Origin: Dipteris shenzhenensis
Lineage: Eukaryota
Length of the DNA stretch: 64,000 bases
Assembly (NCBI GenBank): GCA_047967505.1
Contig: CM106538.1
Reading direction: 5' to 3' (one strand)
Under the pieces are notes generated by a model that saw nothing but the letters and a program-made list of their open reading frames with translations, had not been told where the DNA came from and did not search any database. This document shows positions 45,440-57,270 of the stretch, in pieces. Positions within the stretch are counted from its first letter, which is position 1, and each line of letters starts with the position of its first letter. The position numbers and the translations under genes are program-made.

Positions 45440-48366
45440 ATGGGTTCTCAAAGCCGTAGAGCTAGTAGACGTGAAAGATGTAGGAAACCCCCCCCTAAAA
45501 TCTCATTGACGAGGAGCGCAAGCGGAAGGCTCATGAGCGTAAGAGAGCCTCTAGAGTTCGAGCTCGCACTGCCACCACTGATCCACCTCCACCTCTACAT
45601 CCCACCTCCACCTCCACCCCCACCCCCACTCCCACCTCCATTGTCCCCCCCTCCACATCCTCGTCTGCTCCCCTACCTCTAGCATCTGCCCTTCCCCTAG
45701 CCACCTACATTTTGCCCTCCACCTCTACCTCTTCCCCCTCCACCCTCCTGCATCCCCCTCCCCCTCCCCCCGTCCCCTTGGTGCCTCCCTTTCCCCCTCC
45801 ACCCAACCATCTCCCATTGATCCCCTTGCCCCACCTTGCAGTAGCAGTGTTGCTTCACGATGTGACTTGCCGAATCCACTATCCGTTGTCGTACTAGCAA
45901 GATCGTGCAGTCTTTTTTTAGTGACCTCATGCCAGCTTCGCAATCTGCTCTTCTCATGTCCCTAATTGATCACCCTGACTTGGTAGAGTGTAGGAGGCTT
46001 GCTGGTCTTGGTGCACGTAGAGATAGGGTTGTATGTAGTGAGGTCCTTAGCAGTGTTCGATGTTCCTATGCTTCTATTAAGCATAGGAACTCCACTGATG
46101 CCTTGGCAATACGTCATGATATTGTGGCTGCCATTAGTAGACTTCATATGATAGGGCATGTGTGTACTGCTTCACGCCTTCTTCAGATTGCACCGCACAC
46201 ATTGCGAACAAGCATGATTAGGAGGCAGAGTCTAGAGGATAGTGAGACTGATGCCCTTTGGGATTCGAGTGGTCCTGCATGCACCTCACAGCGATCGATT
46301 GTTGGATGATTCCACTAGGTCCTTCATACAACAGTTTTGGGAGGAGCATTGCAGAGCGTCCCAGGTGTTCAAGAAGGCATTGCAAAAGAGGGTGTCACGT
46401 TATGTGTACATTGAGCATGGTGCATGTTTTTTGGAGTGTACCCAGAATGAGTTGTACACTCAGTTTGTAGAGGCACACCGAAAGTTCAGGATTGGGCAAA
46501 GGTCATTTGAGTGATGCAGGCCATGGTTTGTGCAATGCTCTCAGGAGCATGACACATGGTGTTGTTACTACCATGTGGATTTTGGATTGATGTATGACAT
46601 ATTCCGTTCCCTTGATGGTCATAGGGGAGTGGTTTCTACTAGCCCTTGTGACTTCATTCATTCCATATTGTGTACACGAGATGGCAATGCTTTATTCCAC
46701 TCCCTTGATTGTGTGGAAGGTAGGTGTACTTTGTGTGGTGACTTTGCTAGAGTGCCACGAGTTGCACTAGATACTTGTGATGTGTAGATGGTTCATTGGC
46801 AGTAGTACGAGTACAATACCCTGACATTAGATGGTGGTGCACAGTCGAGGAGGTTGCAGCTTGTGGGGAAGGAGACACCACGTGTTGTATTCATTGACAA
46901 TTTTTGAGGGAAGCTGTACCGCTTCATACGCCACTCGCACACTACGAAGTGGGAGGATCGTTAGTTTTGTGCATGTTTGAGGGCATTTCCTATAGGGGTG
47001 GTTGTCTCAGTGGTGGAATTTGCAGAGAATTATACCTTTGCACCACAGCATGAGATCCAATCGGAGTATTATTTCTCAGAACAGGTGATGTGTGATTGAG
47101 TTATTGGTTTTTTAATGGCCTCATTATATTGAATTATTTCAATAGCCATATTTTTTTTCAATGCCATATTGTAGGTTGCTATATTTGTGCACATTAGCTG
47201 TCATCATGCACAGGCTCATGTGGATGGCATTGATAGCACCATGGACTCACGCATCATTGTGTGAGAGTATCACTTCTACATTAGTGATGATCGATCGCAT
47301 GATGCCCATTTTGTGCAGCATTGCTTCACTTTGCATGATAGTTTCTTGAGGGATCATGGTGTCACATTGCAGCAATGCTAGATCTGGTCAGATGGCTATG
47401 GTGGTCAGTTCAAATCTGCTAGACAGTTTTATTGGTTCTGCAAATGGCACCGTGATACAGGCATTCCAATCATATGGAGCTACTTTGAGACAGGGCATGG
47501 TAAGGGAGAGCACGATGGTGCAGGTGCTTGCGTGAAGCGTGCTTTGCATCGATACCAGTTGTGTCACAGTGCTGATCGCTTCAAGGATGGACATGATGTG
47601 GTGCAGTGGTGCAGCCACACTAGTGCTATGTCCTCCTTTCAGTCGCGTGACAATAGGTTGGTGAGCCGATATTTTTAATGCATGGACATTGGGAGTCTTG
47701 ATCGGTCTAGGCCTTTTGATTGTTGTTCAGTGTCTGGCACTCTTGATTTCCATTCCATCAGGAGCATAGGTGAGTCTCACCCTGCGATCTTTTCTCAATG
47801 GTTTGCATGTTTTTGCTCTGCATGCATTGATGATGATTGGGGAGGTGCTCTATGATACCATGGGTTGATCCATGGGCACGACAAGTGCTTTCTCCCTTCC
47901 AGCCTTGGGAGGAGGTACATGATGATGATCAGGATACGGGATTCAATTCCTCTAGAGATTATGACCAGCTTACAGATATTTTGTGTATTGGTGATATCTT
48001 CGCGGTCATTGCTTCAAAGGGCAAGGAGGAGGGTTTGGATTATTACTTGTTGTAATGCTCTATGGTGAATAGTGTGCTGAATGAGGATACAGTGGATGGG
48101 CATGGGATCCACTTCAATGCTCATAGCATGATCATAGGTGGCCACTATTTTTAGTAGATACAGAGGCGTGGTCGCTATATTGAGTTCCAGGAATACATGG
48201 TGGATCAGGAGGCATAATGTATTCTCATCTTGTTGTTGCGATCAAGATTATTTTGAGTCGTGTTCGCATTCGCAAGTCGACGTCCACTCCATGATGGCGC
48301 CTTGCAGTGGAGGATCATGAGAGCATACTTGCAACTATTGGCATGAGAGTCGATCCTGAGAAGTAG
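45440..48366 (+). pseudogene. Sola2-like DDD transposase, intron-containing, with stops and frameshifts
   Basis: Manual translation gives IGQRSFE*CRPWFV..DTWCCYYH; VV(E)FAENYTFAPQHEIQSEYYFSEQ (47010-47084); GT-AG intron 47085-47174; YHFYISDDRSHD..FVQHCF; IWSDGYGGQFK (47382-47414); YFETGHGKGEHDGAGACVKR (47481-47540). Confidence 0.82.
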
Positions 48367-48495
48367 CACATTACATATCATAGTTTTGGGATCATCAATT
48401 GATCTGATAGATTTTTTTTGAGTATCACTAGTTGATTACATATTTTTGTATTCGATATGTATAGGCTCACTATGTGATATTTGAAGCTTTGCCTC

Positions 48496-50085
48496 TCACT
48501 CAATATGGCGTGCCTCCTCTACTCGTGCCTCACCACCTGGCATGAAATCACCATATGAAAAGTGTCGCGGAACACACGCTGCAACCACTGACGTATCAAC
48601 ACCCTCCTGTTGTAGCAAAGCTCTCTGTGCCTCCTCCCTGTAGTGCTCTGTCAAGACCACGTGGGCATATGGATCAATGGTCTGACGATGACGAGGATAT
48701 AGATCATCCATGCCTAGTCCTCTGTATGTGGCCACATCAATGTCAGCAAAGCATACAGGGCACACTGATCGTGCCACCATGTGGCGGGTCATGCAATGGA
48801 GATGTGCGATGTGGTCGCACCCTCGTCCAAACCACCCTATGGTGTTAAAATCCTCATGGCAAAGGATGCAAGTGGAGGTACGAAGCCTAGCTATGACTGG
48901 TGTGTCTATGGGTGTCCTAGTCGGCACATCTACAGAAGGACCGGGGTACAAGGCCACACTGGGGTCGATCCTATGGCGAGATGGATCACGACTAACATGT
49001 CTCAACTGTAAAATATAGTGCTCCGCTTGATGGTAGTCTATGCGTGTCTGAATCCTCTGCTCCTCCAAATCTGCCTCCAATAGTCATACATGAGACTCCA
49101 TATCCTGTCGCAATAGATGTGCTTGCAATGCAAACATGTCGCATACATGGTGAGAATTAACCAAAAAACTTCAGTTCAAAACACGCAACAAAAAAATAAA
49201 CTAAAATAATCAGAATAACTAACCTCACCCCTAGACTCGGCCAACAATGCCTCCAACTCTGCAATCCATGTGTCTCGAGTCTCCAACTCATGCTGAGGCA
49301 TTGTAGATATGGGAGGTGGTGTAGATGTGGGAGGCTCCATAAATGTGGGAGGTGGGGGAGGTGGAATCGAAAGTGATCTCAATAGGGCAGAGACCATGTT
49401 GTGCAAGGATGAGGCCACTAAATGAACATCCCCCTAATCCATCCTCCAACAATTTGCAATGTCGGTGCAAGGATAGTGTGCAGCTCTGGTGCCTCGCGTT
49501 AATGCCGAACACCTTCAGATTGACGCTCCTGATGCCCCATCCTACCATGTCTTGCTCCTTTGATCCTGGATGGGTACTAAGGTAGTCTACCCGATGACCA
49601 AGCACAAACTCGACATATAGTTGCATGGCAAATGACCTTGCTATCTGATGGTTGTGACGCAATCGACCACCATTCACAGTGAGATATCTCGGATAAATGT
49701 GTGCTGCTATGACGGGGTGCCTACAACGTAAAATATAAAAGGGCAGCCTTGATCGTGGTCGCATCGCCTCAGTGTAACGATCCCAAAACATATCCTCTAA
49801 GGCCTGCCTGTGAGGTGACTCACGCTCAAACAACTCTCGAATGGCTCTCCAATCCAAGCCATGACCAGTGATCTCTGCCTCAGCCTATGCCTAAAAGCTA
49901 TGCCTAAAAGGTATCCAAAATGTCCTCAACTGTGTCTAATCGACCTAGAGCATCAATGACTAATTCTAGACTCGCAACCAAGTGAGGGGGTGCCCTAGCA
50001 TCCTGCAGTGCCCTCATCTCAGCTCTCAAAATCACTATCTACATATGAACAGTGGTGCCAGAACCTATGCACTGGCTAGCACATG
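48496..50085 (-). pseudogene. Transposon accessory gene: N-terminal domain + Pro-rich linker + coiled coil + RING-H2 finger
   Basis: C-x2-C-x13-C-x-H-x2-H-x2-C-x10-C-x2-C at 48870-48751; intron 49223-49105 joins LEALLAESRGE|DMESHV*LLEADLEE in frame; upstream coding block ~49560-49860. Confidence 0.75.
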
Positions 50086-50659
50086 CACAAAAAAAACACA
50101 TGGAAATTAATATTCTATTTGGGTAATGAAAATAATATTCTATTCAATGGGACTTAATAATCTATTTACGTAATAAAAACTTTTAGCTATCCAATTTCGA
50201 TTGAATTTTTGCAAAAGCTCATGACAAGGTTTCATGGAATCACATAAGTCTTTGTATTTGTCTATGTAACTATATCCATATATAGATCTACAACCTTCCC
50301 TAGTTCCCTATTTCTATAGTTTCATGTGCCACCTAAAGGGATTGCTAGCGACATGACCTACCCTCTCCTATTTGTTTGATTGATTACACTTAGTCATGTA
50401 CTCCTTCATGAGGTAGGATGTCATTGGGATCATCCTATGCACCTAATGGTAGATGGGCCAAATGTGTGGCTATGGCTACAACAGTGCTATGTTGCAAATG
50501 CAACACATGCACTCCCTACATGCTCTAAGTTGCGCCACTCTTCAATGGAAGATGCACACATAATAGTTATTTAACGGTGTTATTGAAAAAGGGATTTAGA
50601 TGTACATCCTTAGTCTTATTTCATTTTCAAAAAAATTTCAAACTTTTTGTTAAATGCTA

Positions 50660-51230
50660 CACTTCCCTAATTTGAAAAATAATATAAAAACTACTTAATC
50701 TCTTTTTTAAAATAAACGAAATAGATGATTTTAAAAAACAAAATATATATGTTTTGACATTTAAATAAAAACTTCACTAACTTGAAAAATAATATAAAAG
50801 CTACTTTAAACTCTTATTTTCTTTTTTTTAATAGATGATTTCTAAAAACAAAATTTAAACGTTTTTATATTTAATTCAAAACTTTACTAATTTAAAAAAT
50901 AACATAAAAACTACTTTAATCTCTTTTTTTTTAATAGATGATTTTAAAAAACAAAATATATACTTTTTAACATTTAAATAAAAACTTCACTAACTTAAAT
51001 AACATAAAAGCTACCTTAAACTCTTATTTTCTTTTTTTTAAAGATGATTTTTAAAAATAAAATTTAAACATTTTTTTAGTTAAATAAAAATAGCACTAAT
51101 TTGAAAAATAACATAAAAACTACTTTAATTCCTTCTTTTCCAAATGGATGATTTTAAAAAACAAAATATATACATTTTCACATTTTAAATAAAAACTTAC
51201 ATAATTAAAAAAATAATTTTAAAAAACTTT
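50660..51230. repeat. AT-rich tandem repeat, ~105-110-bp units with alternating A/B variants
   Basis: CTAA(T/C)TT(G/A)AAAAATAA(T/C)ATAAAA(A/G)CTAC recurs at ~50668, 50777, 50887, 50990 and 51096. Confidence 0.88.
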
Positions 51231-51429
51231 AAAATGCATTTGAGATTTTGAAATATTTTATAATTAAATTAGATATTCCTATAAACTAAAATTTAAATAA
51301 ATTTTTACCAAAAAAAATGCTACATTAAAAAAACGTTACGTGGAATCTCCCGCTCCGTCCATCTCGGTCGTTGTTCGTCGCTACCGCAATTCTGTCGAGC
51401 TCCCATAAATCCGTCGATTTTGATGAGGA

Positions 51430-52137
51430 GGAGCTCGATCGAGGTTTGAAGAATGAGGGGGCTCCCTCTCTTTATATATGAAAATTTAGGGTTTCAGTAC
51501 CTCGATCGAGGTATTTCACATGCCACATACACATCGATCCATCATACCTCTATCGAAGTATAGACATGCCACGATACTTTGATTGAAGTATTTGACATGC
51601 CACATACACATCGCTCCATCATACCTCGATGCCTCGATCGAGGTATTCGACATGCCACATACACATCTGTCCAGCATACCTCGATCTAGGTATGGACCTG
51701 CCACGATACCTCGATCGAGGTATGTCAACTACCAGCCGGATGCCACATACCTTGATCATGGTATTGGACATGCGGCCAAGTCATCGATCCAGCATGCCAC
51801 GATCGAGGTTTCTGGACTTGCCACAGTACCTCGATCGAGGTATGTCATCTACCACGTCAGATGCCACATAACTCGATCGTGGTATTTGACACGACCGACG
51901 TCATCTATCCATGATACCTCGATCGAGGTATGTGGACTTGCCACAATACCTTGATCGAGGTATAGGTGGCTTGCCACGATAACTCGATCGAGGTATAGGT
52001 GGCTTGCCATGAGACCTCGATTAAGGTATAGGCTCGGTTGGTGAAAGAAAGTCTAGGACCTCGATCGAGGTATTGGCTTGGCTTGGTTGTCCTCGTGTGT
52101 GAATTTCATTGGAGACGATACCTCGATCGAGGTATTT
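51430..52137. repeat. Right subterminal array of the TACCTCGATCGAGGTA palindrome
   Basis: About 16-17 perfect or CpG-decayed copies separated by short GCCAC-containing linkers. Confidence 0.95.
51468..51494 (-). promoter_or_regulatory. Candidate core promoter of the RING accessory gene (telo-box + TATA)
   Basis: The minus strand reads AAACCCTAAATTTTCATATATAAAG, followed by a GC-richer exon-like block ending in a GTAACG donor (~51338) before the AT-rich tract. Confidence 0.45.
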
Positions 52138-52399
52138 CACACCAAAGCAAAACCTTTGTATTTTCACTCGAGGGGGTGTCACACTCACTCAAAAGTGGTC
52201 CGGAAGTGGACACCCTTAGCTTGCTACCTCCCTGTAGCTCCATCAAAGAAGTGCTAAGCACCTTCAGAACTACTCCCGATAGCTTCCCATTGCTCTCAAA
52301 GAAAAATAGGATAGAAAAATCCAAAGGAGTCACCTTTTCAGCAACAAAATCTCCATGCCATACCAATGGAGCTCCATGACAAGATACAGTGTAGTAGGC

Positions 52400-53150
52400 C
52401 CAAATAGGGACGTCCATTAGGACCTGTCGAGAGGCTACTACATTGGAGCTATCCAAGGTGAAGGAACAAGCCTCTTCAAAGTGCAGAAAGCCCCAATTGT
52501 GTGGAAGCAACTTACCCTGAGGGCTAAGCGAATCTTCGGTGACACTTCCATCCCTGGACCTTCTAAGAAAATCCCTAGTTTAGATGGAAGCGCTTTCAAA
52601 GGTAAGTTGCCTACCGTGAAGGTTTACAATGGCTTACTCAATGAAACGACCAAGTGGCTTTTCTCTTGTGCTGTTGTCGGATATATTCATGGCCCTCGTC
52701 CTCCTGCAATGTTTCTAGAGGGTTGGGTTATAAACTTTTGGATGCGTAAAGGTCTAAATGTTACAAGTATCCATTTCGTTACGAATGGATACATTGTTTT
52801 TCTTTTCAAGAAGTCTGAGATGGCGACCGAGGTCATTCAGAAAGGGACATGGACTATCAGGAACCAACCCCTCAGTTTTGGGACCCATTGCTTAATCCTG
52901 ATTTACCTACACCTTCCAACGCGCCCATTTGGGTTGAATTTTCAAATCTTCCTCTGTCTCTTTTCCCCCATCCTGGAAGCATTATATCTCCCTCTAGGTT
53001 AGTTTCTAGGATTAGAGATGGAAAGGTTCATCAACCCCACAAGTAATCCTCCAGCTTGTGTGCTAATGGATTTGGTTGTTGAACCTCCCAATGCCATTTG
53101 ATTGCTGGGTGGGGATGGATCTGAACTTTATTCAAAATGTATTCTACAAA
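52400..53150 (+). pseudogene. L1-type LINE ORF1 fragment (DUF4283/RRM-like)
   Basis: AVVGYIHGPRPP...WVINFW...NGYIVFLF...VIQKGTW, then frameshifted WDP...APIWVEFSNLP, a typical plant LINE ORF1 pattern. Confidence 0.8.
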
Positions 53151-53559
53151 AATATTCAAACTCCACAGGAAGAGAAGCAAAGCAAGACCACAGAGAGTTA
53201 GTTAGAAAGAGAAACGATGAAAGGAAATCAGATAGAGGAAGAGAGGGCCGAGGTCAATGAAGAGATCAAGGAAGATAGCTCAGGAGAATAGGAGTTGTCC
53301 CTAACACCTAGGACTTTGGGGTTCACTTAGAGCAAGCAGAACATGCCACTATCTCACATGAGGAACAACCTTTTGCCTTAGTGAAGGGGAAAAGAACAAT
53401 CCAGCTTGAAAAAAGGTTAAATTGCTCCAACCTAGACAATGCAACTCAGAAGAGTCTAGCAGAACAAGAGTACAAGGACTGCATGGCCTAGAAGTACACT
53501 GACATGAAACGGGTGCCTGCCATAGTAGTGCAGCACAAAATCCCCATGCTATACGATGC

Positions 53560-54820
53560 CATGCCAGTATGAAAATGCCCCTACACAATGAATCCTAAAT
53601 ACACATAGTGAGGGAAGAAATACAAAATCTCATAAATGTAGGATTATTCCATGAGATTGAGCATACAGGCTGGGTGTCACCCATCGTGATAGTCTTAAAG
53701 AAAAGTAGAAACATTAGAGTGTGCATGGATTTGAAAAAATTTAATGCTGCCACTAGATGCGACTACTACCTTTTGCCATTGTTCTAGAAAGGGTAGTCGA
53801 AAAGGAAGTATCTAGCTTCCTACATGGACTTTCAGGTTACAACCAAGTGTCAATCGCCCCGCAAGATCAACACAAGACACCTTCGCAACTCAATGGGGTG
53901 TGTATGCAAATAGGGCTATGATATTTAGATTAACCAATGCCTCTATTACCTTCCAACGGATGATGATCACAATATTCAAAGAGTATCTGAGAGACTTTGT
54001 GGAAGTATTCTTGGATGACATCTACATGAACTCGAAGTGGTATGACCATCGGAAATACCTCACATGGCTCCTCCCCCCGAAATGCCACTTATATTCCATA
54101 TTCCTCAATCTTCATAAGTGCTAGTTTTGTGTCAAACATGGTGTCATCCTAAGCCACATAGTGTCCCAAAATGGAATAAAATCTAAGGACCATAATAAAA
54201 TCAAACTTATCTTGGAGTTACCACCTCCCACCAATGCCAAGGGAGTCCAACAATTTATTAGCCACACGGGCTATTACAGGAGATTCATCTTGTTCTATGC
54301 GAACATAGCCCGCCCATTATACAAACTACTAGTATCCTTTGAGTGGACCGAGGAATGCCAAACATCCTTTGAAACCCTCAAACTAGCTCTAACCACCGCA
54401 CCAGTGTTGAGGTCACCCAACTGGAATTTAATATTCCATGTCCATATTGATGCCTCTAACTTTGCCATCGGATGTGTGTTAGCGCAGCCCGGGGAGTATA
54501 ATTTAGATTACCCGATATACTTTGCGAGCTACCAACTAAACGAGGCCAAGGTTAACTACACTAGCATGAAGAAGGAAGGTCTCACCATGATCTATGCAGT
54601 AAAGAAGTTTAGGCACTACTTGTTGGCTAACAAGATTATCTTCTTCGTGGACCATCAAGCATTGCTATACTTGGTAAACAAACCCTGCATGACTGGATGC
54701 ATCACTAGGTGGATGCTGACCCTTCTAGAGTTCGACTTCACAATCGCTACAAGTAAAGAAAAAACCCAAGTCCTGGCCAACCACCTATCGAGGATCCCGA
54801 ATGATGAAGCACCAACGTGA
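53560..54820 (+). pseudogene. pol: Ty3/Gypsy RT + RNase H remnant
   Basis: WVSPIVIV.KK..RVCMDLKK, SGYNQ, FLDD, HIDASNFAIGCVL and AVKKFRHYL; related to 34510-35180. Confidence 0.92.
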
Positions 54821-55581
54821 TTGGCCCAACACTTCTCTCTTCTTCCTTGATATTTGACTCCTAGAGGTCATCAAAGCAACAAAGGAGGCCCCGATCACCC
54901 TAGGGATGCCTCGTCCAAAGCCATCCATTACCAAAAGAAGACCACACCACCAACCCGTGCTTCCACTCATCCATCGCCACACCCCACCAATAGCTCAGTC
55001 AACACCAACCACTTGGACCGCCAAGGCAAGAAGGTCACCTGGGTCCCAAAGACGATGATGCAAACCTTGAAGGTGTCGAAGGCACCAACACAAGAACCTG
55101 AGTCTCCCTGAGATACAACACCACAAGAACCTACCGACAAACTGAACGAAGTTGGCCAGCCCCATGTTTGTGAGTACACACTAGTACCACAGATGGCCCC
55201 AAGGTAGCGAGTACGCACGAGTACTATGGATGGTCTGACTCAACACAAAGGTCACCAAAAACTGCTAGGGAGCCTGCAAGAACTAACCCCTCCCCTACGA
55301 GGAGCTACACAAGAACCTCCCTCTGGAGACAAACACTCAAAAGTAATGGCGAACGTACCCCCTCTGACGGTACCATCCTACTCATGAAAGCAAGGGTTTG
55401 CACCAAGGGCAGACTCATAAAAACTCACTTCTCCCAAGAAGATGGACCATGCCATAACAACTAAGCCTACTGCAAATGTGCCCCTAGTGTTCAAGGTAAA
55501 AAACAAGCTAGACACTTACTCTATGTGGCTCCTTACATGCTATCTAGCAGTACGGCATCCGCCTACACCACATTCCTCCTA

Positions 55582-55750
55582 ATCATCAAGTCCAAGTCTA
55601 GGTGATTCAGTATGGTAGACATCTCACCCAATGCACCCGTAGCCCACCCTGCCAAACACACCACACGTACACCCACGGTCAGCACTAGGTGATTAGGATC
55701 AGCCATTCATTTTTGTATTTGTTCATCATCTTGCACACTGACCTCACAAC
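55582..55750 (+). repeat. Direct repeat, second copy at 58455-58626
   Basis: ATCATCAAGTCCAAGTCTAGGTGA...CACGGTCAGCA...TTGCACACTGACCTCACAA occurs in both places. Confidence 0.85.
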
Positions 55751-55839
55751 CACACCCGCACTGCACAAGTGCACTCTACTCACTCACTCTCCCCCCCCCA
55801 CCACCACTCTCTCTTTTTTTTACTCCTTTACACAGTCAA

Positions 55840-56285
55840 TATCCCGTCGGTCATCACCACAAAGGTATCCTACCGGTCATTGCTATAGAGGCATCTTGTC
55901 GACCATCGTGATCCCAACATCTCGCCAGCTGTTGCCCAAGAATTATCCTGCTGATCAATGCCAAAGAAAGACCCTACCACCCATCGCCATCGTCAGATCA
56001 CACTGACCATCACCATCTTGTATCACACCAGTTGCGGTGGTCTTTGGCACATCGCACGATCGTCGCCATCAACTTACCGCACCGATCGTCACCAAAGAAA
56101 GACCCTGCCAATCATCGCCATCGACTTACCGCACCGACCGTTGCCATATTGTATCACTCCTATCGTGGTCTTTGCCACATCACACCAACCGTCACCATCG
56201 ACTTACCACATCGATCGTCGCCAAAGAAAGACCCCACCAACCATTGCCATCAACTTTACCACACCGATTGTCGCTATCTATTTAC
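55840..56285. repeat. Degenerate tandem repeats (CCATCGCCATC / CCAAAGAAAGACCC motifs)
   Basis: Motifs recur visibly through the interval. Confidence 0.75.
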
Positions 56286-56607
56286 CCCGCCAATCATCAC
56301 TATACCCATATCCTATTGGTCATGGGGATGTAAAATCTATATAAATAGGCTTATCCCATCGGGTTGTCACCATAGCAATTGCCCCCAAACTCTTGCAAAT
56401 GTGCTCAAAGTTCTGACAGTTTCCTACCCTCTTCCACTACCATCTAAATAGCCTGTTTATGTCCTCCTGCTCTTCCTCATCCACCAACTCCCTCATCACT
56501 CAACTGCCATCCCACTTTCTGATGGATCTCGAACACTAGTTCTTCGAGTTCGATTCGAATCAGACTCGAGACTCCACCCTCACCCTATCCTAGAGGCCAC
56601 TGCCCCC

Positions 56608-57270
56608 TTGGACTCCCAATGCACTCCGTCTACCACAATCTGCATGCCTTCTGAGATCCCTTTGGAAGACATGCAAGAAGAAGCAGAGACATCCACCAAG
56701 CAAACCACTCAAGAGGGTACCACTACAACAGGCATGTCTCCCTTGAGATCAAGAAAGCGCACCCCGATGCCATCAGTAGAAGAGTACAAGGTCATGCACT
56801 CCCAAGCACACTTACCACTTACAGAAGCATGGCTCCAAGAGCTAGATGCTTGTGTTGTACACTCGCACTTCGCATACGAGGGTCATGACTACACCCTCCA
56901 CTACCATAGAGTAGCAGCATATGCCACACTAAAGGAGCCACTAGTACAGGATGTTGCCTGCTTGAGTAGAGTGGCAGACCGCCACCTCCCATGTCACCTG
57001 GACATGAAGTTGCTAACTGAATTCCTCCAAGCATACAATAGCAACACCAATGTTGGTGACCTGCAAGATGCAGCAGGCAATCCCCACCACTACCAAATCA
57101 ATCATCAGGATATGGTACGTGTAGCCTTCAACCTTCCAGTCGTCCCAACGAAAAATATTCCAAAAAGAAAAAGTTGGACGCCCTCAAAATGGTCTGTCAC
57201 TATGACTGCCACAAGAGCAAGGGCCGCCTCTAGTTCACAACCATCCAAAAGCCCGAGGTGGCAAGACTAG
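56608..57270 (+). CDS. Extra ORF of unknown function downstream of Gypsy pol (probably 3'-truncated)
   Basis: 220-aa ORF with a disordered N-terminus and a globular-looking core (HFAYEGHDYTLHY...LLTEFLQAYN). Confidence 0.4.
   Translation: MDSQCTPSTTICMPSEIPLEDMQEEAETSTKQTTQEGTTTTGMSPLRSRKRTPMPSVEEYKVMHSQAHLPLTEAWLQELDACVVHSHFAYEGHDYTLHYHRVAAYATLKEPLVQDVACLSRVADRHLPCHLDMKLLTEFLQAYNSNTNVGDLQDAAGNPHHYQINHQDMVRVAFNLPVVPTKNIPKRKSWTPSKWSVTMTATRARAASSSQPSKSPRWQD

Larger units (their letters stand above)
44850..52169 (+). mobile_element. Sola2-like DNA transposon with two convergent genes; left terminus not found
   Basis: DDD-transposase motifs inside; arrays of the same 16-bp palindrome at both ends; candidate right end ...TTTTCACTC at 52169. 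Confidence 0.75.

Noticed and set aside
44858-52137. Palindromic repeat arrays as CRISPR arrays
   Set aside because: The linkers are themselves repetitive and irregular rather than unique spacers, there are no cas genes, and the context is a spliced eukaryotic transposon.
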